Below, one piece after another: positions 43,785-45,414 of a stretch of DNA of 45,414 nucleotides (the stretch's first letter is position 1; every line of letters begins with the position of its first letter). The notes under the pieces were generated by a model. It had not been told where the DNA came from, ran no database searches, and saw nothing but the letters and a program-made list of their open reading frames with translations. This DNA is from Flavobacteriaceae bacterium. GTDB lineage: Bacteria; Bacteroidota; Bacteroidia; Flavobacteriales; Flavobacteriaceae. Both the position numbers and the translations under genes were made by a program. Where the stretch lies: contig JBKEHX010000001.1 of NCBI GenBank assembly GCA_046711205.1, positions 1 to 45,414 on the forward strand. Reading direction: 5' to 3'.

Positions 43785-43929
43785 AATAAGCTTAATTTAT
43801 TTTTGCAAAATACATTATTTCATTTTTAGACCTTATTTTTATAAAAAAGTTTAATGTATTAAGCCATAAATTAATTTCATATTCTGCTTTTTTAAAAAAG
43901 ACATTTTCAATTTAAGTCACTTTTTCTTC

Positions 43930-44976
43930 TTATAAGTCTTGAACGCAACGAAAACCCGTATGGTTAAAACTTGAGTCTCTACTAGCGCTCATTCTTCTAG
44001 AGACTCTGTAACCACTACAGTATGAATCATTACATAAAAAAGAGCCTCCTCGCATTATGTGATTGGGCGATAGTGGCTCTCTAGGATCATTATAATGCAA
44101 AGCCCCTTCAGGGTTTTGTACCCTTCCTAATTGCCCATCGTTTGAATAGGTATTGATATTGTATTTGTCTTGACACCACTCCCACACATTACCTGCCATA
44201 TCATATAGCCCATAATTGTTTGCAGGAAATGAAGCTACAGGAGCTGTTCCATAAAATCCATCTAATGTTCTGTTACTGAAAGGAAATACACCTTGCCAAA
44301 AATTAGCCTTATCAAAAGCCGTTTCAATGGATGAGTTTCCCCAAGGGTATTTATTTTTAGGATCGCCTCCTAGCGCAGCCCATTCCCATTCAGCTTCTGT
44401 GGGAAGTCTTTTATTTGCCCATGTTGCATAAGCATTTGCATCTTCCCAGGCAATATGAATTACAGGGTGGTTCATACGATTTTTTATGTTGCTTTTGGGT
44501 CCCTCAGGATGCTGCCAATTTGCGCCAGTTGTCCATTCCCACCACTTGGAATAATCTTGAAGATTAACAGGTTCCTGGGTAGGTTTAAATACTAAAGATC
44601 CTGCTTTAAGTAAGCTATCATTGGGTTTAGAAGTGCCTGGAGGGACCATTTTTTTCATTTCCTCCCAATCAATATCTCTTTCGGCAATGGTTATATAACC
44701 TGTAGCCTGTACAAAATTGTTAAAAGCTTGATTGGTTACTTCCCCTTGGTCCATATAAAAAGAAGACACCAAAACTTTGTGCTGCGGATATTCATCGGCA
44801 TAAGCTTGAGAGGATCTCCCTCCCATCATATAGTTTCCTGCGGGAATTAAAACCATTCCCTTTAGGGAAGTAATAGCTAATATATTTTCTTTTGGTTTTG
44901 TAGAACAACCCATTATAAAAAACACAGAAACTACCAGCATATTTCTTATAACATAAAGTCTGAATATTGATTTCAA
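43930..44976 (-). CDS. formylglycine-generating enzyme (SUMF1/FGE-sulfatase family), probable lipoprotein
   Basis: It has YDMAGNVWEWCQDKY, RGGSFLCNDSYCSGYR and the signal VVSVFFIMGC. Confidence 0.88.
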   Translation of the reverse strand: MKSIFRLYVIRNMLVVSVFFIMGCSTKPKENILAITSLKGMVLIPAGNYMMGGRSSQAYADEYPQHKVLVSSFYMDQGEVTNQAFNNFVQATGYITIAERDIDWEEMKKMVPPGTSKPNDSLLKAGSLVFKPTQEPVNLQDYSKWWEWTTGANWQHPEGPKSNIKNRMNHPVIHIAWEDANAYATWANKRLPTEAEWEWAALGGDPKNKYPWGNSSIETAFDKANFWQGVFPFSNRTLDGFYGTAPVASFPANNYGLYDMAGNVWEWCQDKYNINTYSNDGQLGRVQNPEGALHYNDPREPLSPNHIMRGGSFLCNDSYCSGYRVSRRMSASRDSSFNHTGFRCVQDL

Positions 44977-45112
44977 TTTTATTTTTTTAAATTAATTAAG
45001 AAAGTTAGATATTTTAAATTAGTAAGATTAGTCTACCCGATTTTCAATAAATATCCTACTTTTGATTTGCCAAAAAATTTAGTTAAATAACAATTACACA
45101 TTTATATTAATT

Positions 45113-45186
45113 GGGGATGTAGCTCAGCTGGCTAGAGCGCTTGACTGGCAGTCAAGAGGTCGTGGGTTCGAGTCCCATCTTCTCCA
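45113..45186 (+). tRNA. tRNA-Ala (anticodon GGC)
   Basis: I folded the cloverleaf by hand: acceptor GGGGATG/CTTCTCC with the G3:U70 alanine identity pair; D arm GCTC-AGCTGGCTA-GAGC; anticodon arm CTTGA-CTGGCAG-TCAAG; T arm GTGGG-TTCGAGT-CCCAT; discriminator A. The CCA end is not encoded. Confidence 0.92.
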
Positions 45187-45414
45187 CTTTTATACATAAG
45201 GGTTCACGTAAATTTAGCCTTTTTTATTTCTTTTTGGGGCACAACATAGGGTACAACAATTAATCTTTTTTACTCAATTCATATCTCAACTTATAATACT
45301 TTGAAGCATTTATTCTATTGCCTAAATATAGGAATTGCACTTTACCGTTAACTACTTTCTTAGTGAGTTTTGATTAGCTTACGAGAATTAATCCCTGAAC
45401 TTACTGAAGAAGAT

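Noticed and set aside
45187-45414. Integrase or genomic island next to tRNA-Ala
   Set aside because: I translated the reverse and forward frames by hand. Only short stop-bounded stretches appear (the longest ends ...YYKLRYELSKKD and has no Met or recombinase motifs).
1-45414. CRISPR arrays, rRNA genes, transposases/IS elements, SusC/SusD pairs and classical defence systems (RM, TA, Cas, retron)
   Set aside because: I found no regularly spaced direct repeats, no rRNA-like conserved blocks, and no DDE, tyrosine or serine recombinase motifs. No 1000-aa TonB-dependent barrel or SusD-like lipoprotein appeared among the ORFs. The adjacent small genes at 2869-3329 were considered as a toxin-antitoxin pair, but the second looks like a MarR fragment.

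Overview
This is a low-GC chromosomal segment that reads like a marine Flavobacteriia (Bacteroidota) genome; that placement is an inference from gene content, lipoprotein and Tat signals, and the near absence of Shine-Dalgarno sites. I can support about 47 protein-coding genes, one tRNA-Ala(GGC), one clear pseudogene, several intrinsic terminators and a few repeats. I saw no rRNA, CRISPR array, transposase or integrase. Left third (1-14.9 kb): housekeeping genes, including the yceD-rpmF-fabH-accB-accC string, pdxA, riboflavin synthase, a BASS transporter, a Na+/H+ antiporter, a 2OG-Fe(II) oxygenase and a class-A-like serine hydrolase. It also holds a small zone of gene decay at 1.1-3.4 kb. Middle (15-24 kb): an operon-like GH109-like oxidoreductase, galactokinase-family kinase and nucleotidyltransferase unit. 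Next to it is an arginine decarboxylase, agmatinase and deoxyhypusine-synthase-like polyamine locus with a divergent Lrp/AsnC regulator. Right half (24-45 kb): an envelope and carbohydrate accessory region. The best candidate for an undescribed system is a tightly packed four-gene module at 26870-34058. It encodes a PSCyt1/DUF1549/LamG/DUF1553 heme-c protein, a Tat-exported DUF1501 protein, a Tat-exported six-bladed propeller, and a polytopic membrane CxxCH plus LRR protein. Around it lie a PqqB-like MBL hydrolase, a PIG-L deacetylase, a secreted Gfo/Idh/MocA enzyme, gntK-gnd, a Cys-type sulfatase, an FGE, a GH3 enzyme and two stand-alone plug-like mini-proteins. Smaller signals worth a look: a 20-codon leader ORF with a strong Shine-Dalgarno site plus an intrinsic terminator just upstream of the 2OG oxygenase gene; a perfect 12-bp inverted repeat in the Lrp/polyamine divergent promoter; and an orphan plus-strand terminator in a 480-bp gene-free gap. 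All protein family calls come from motif recognition by eye. No database search was run.
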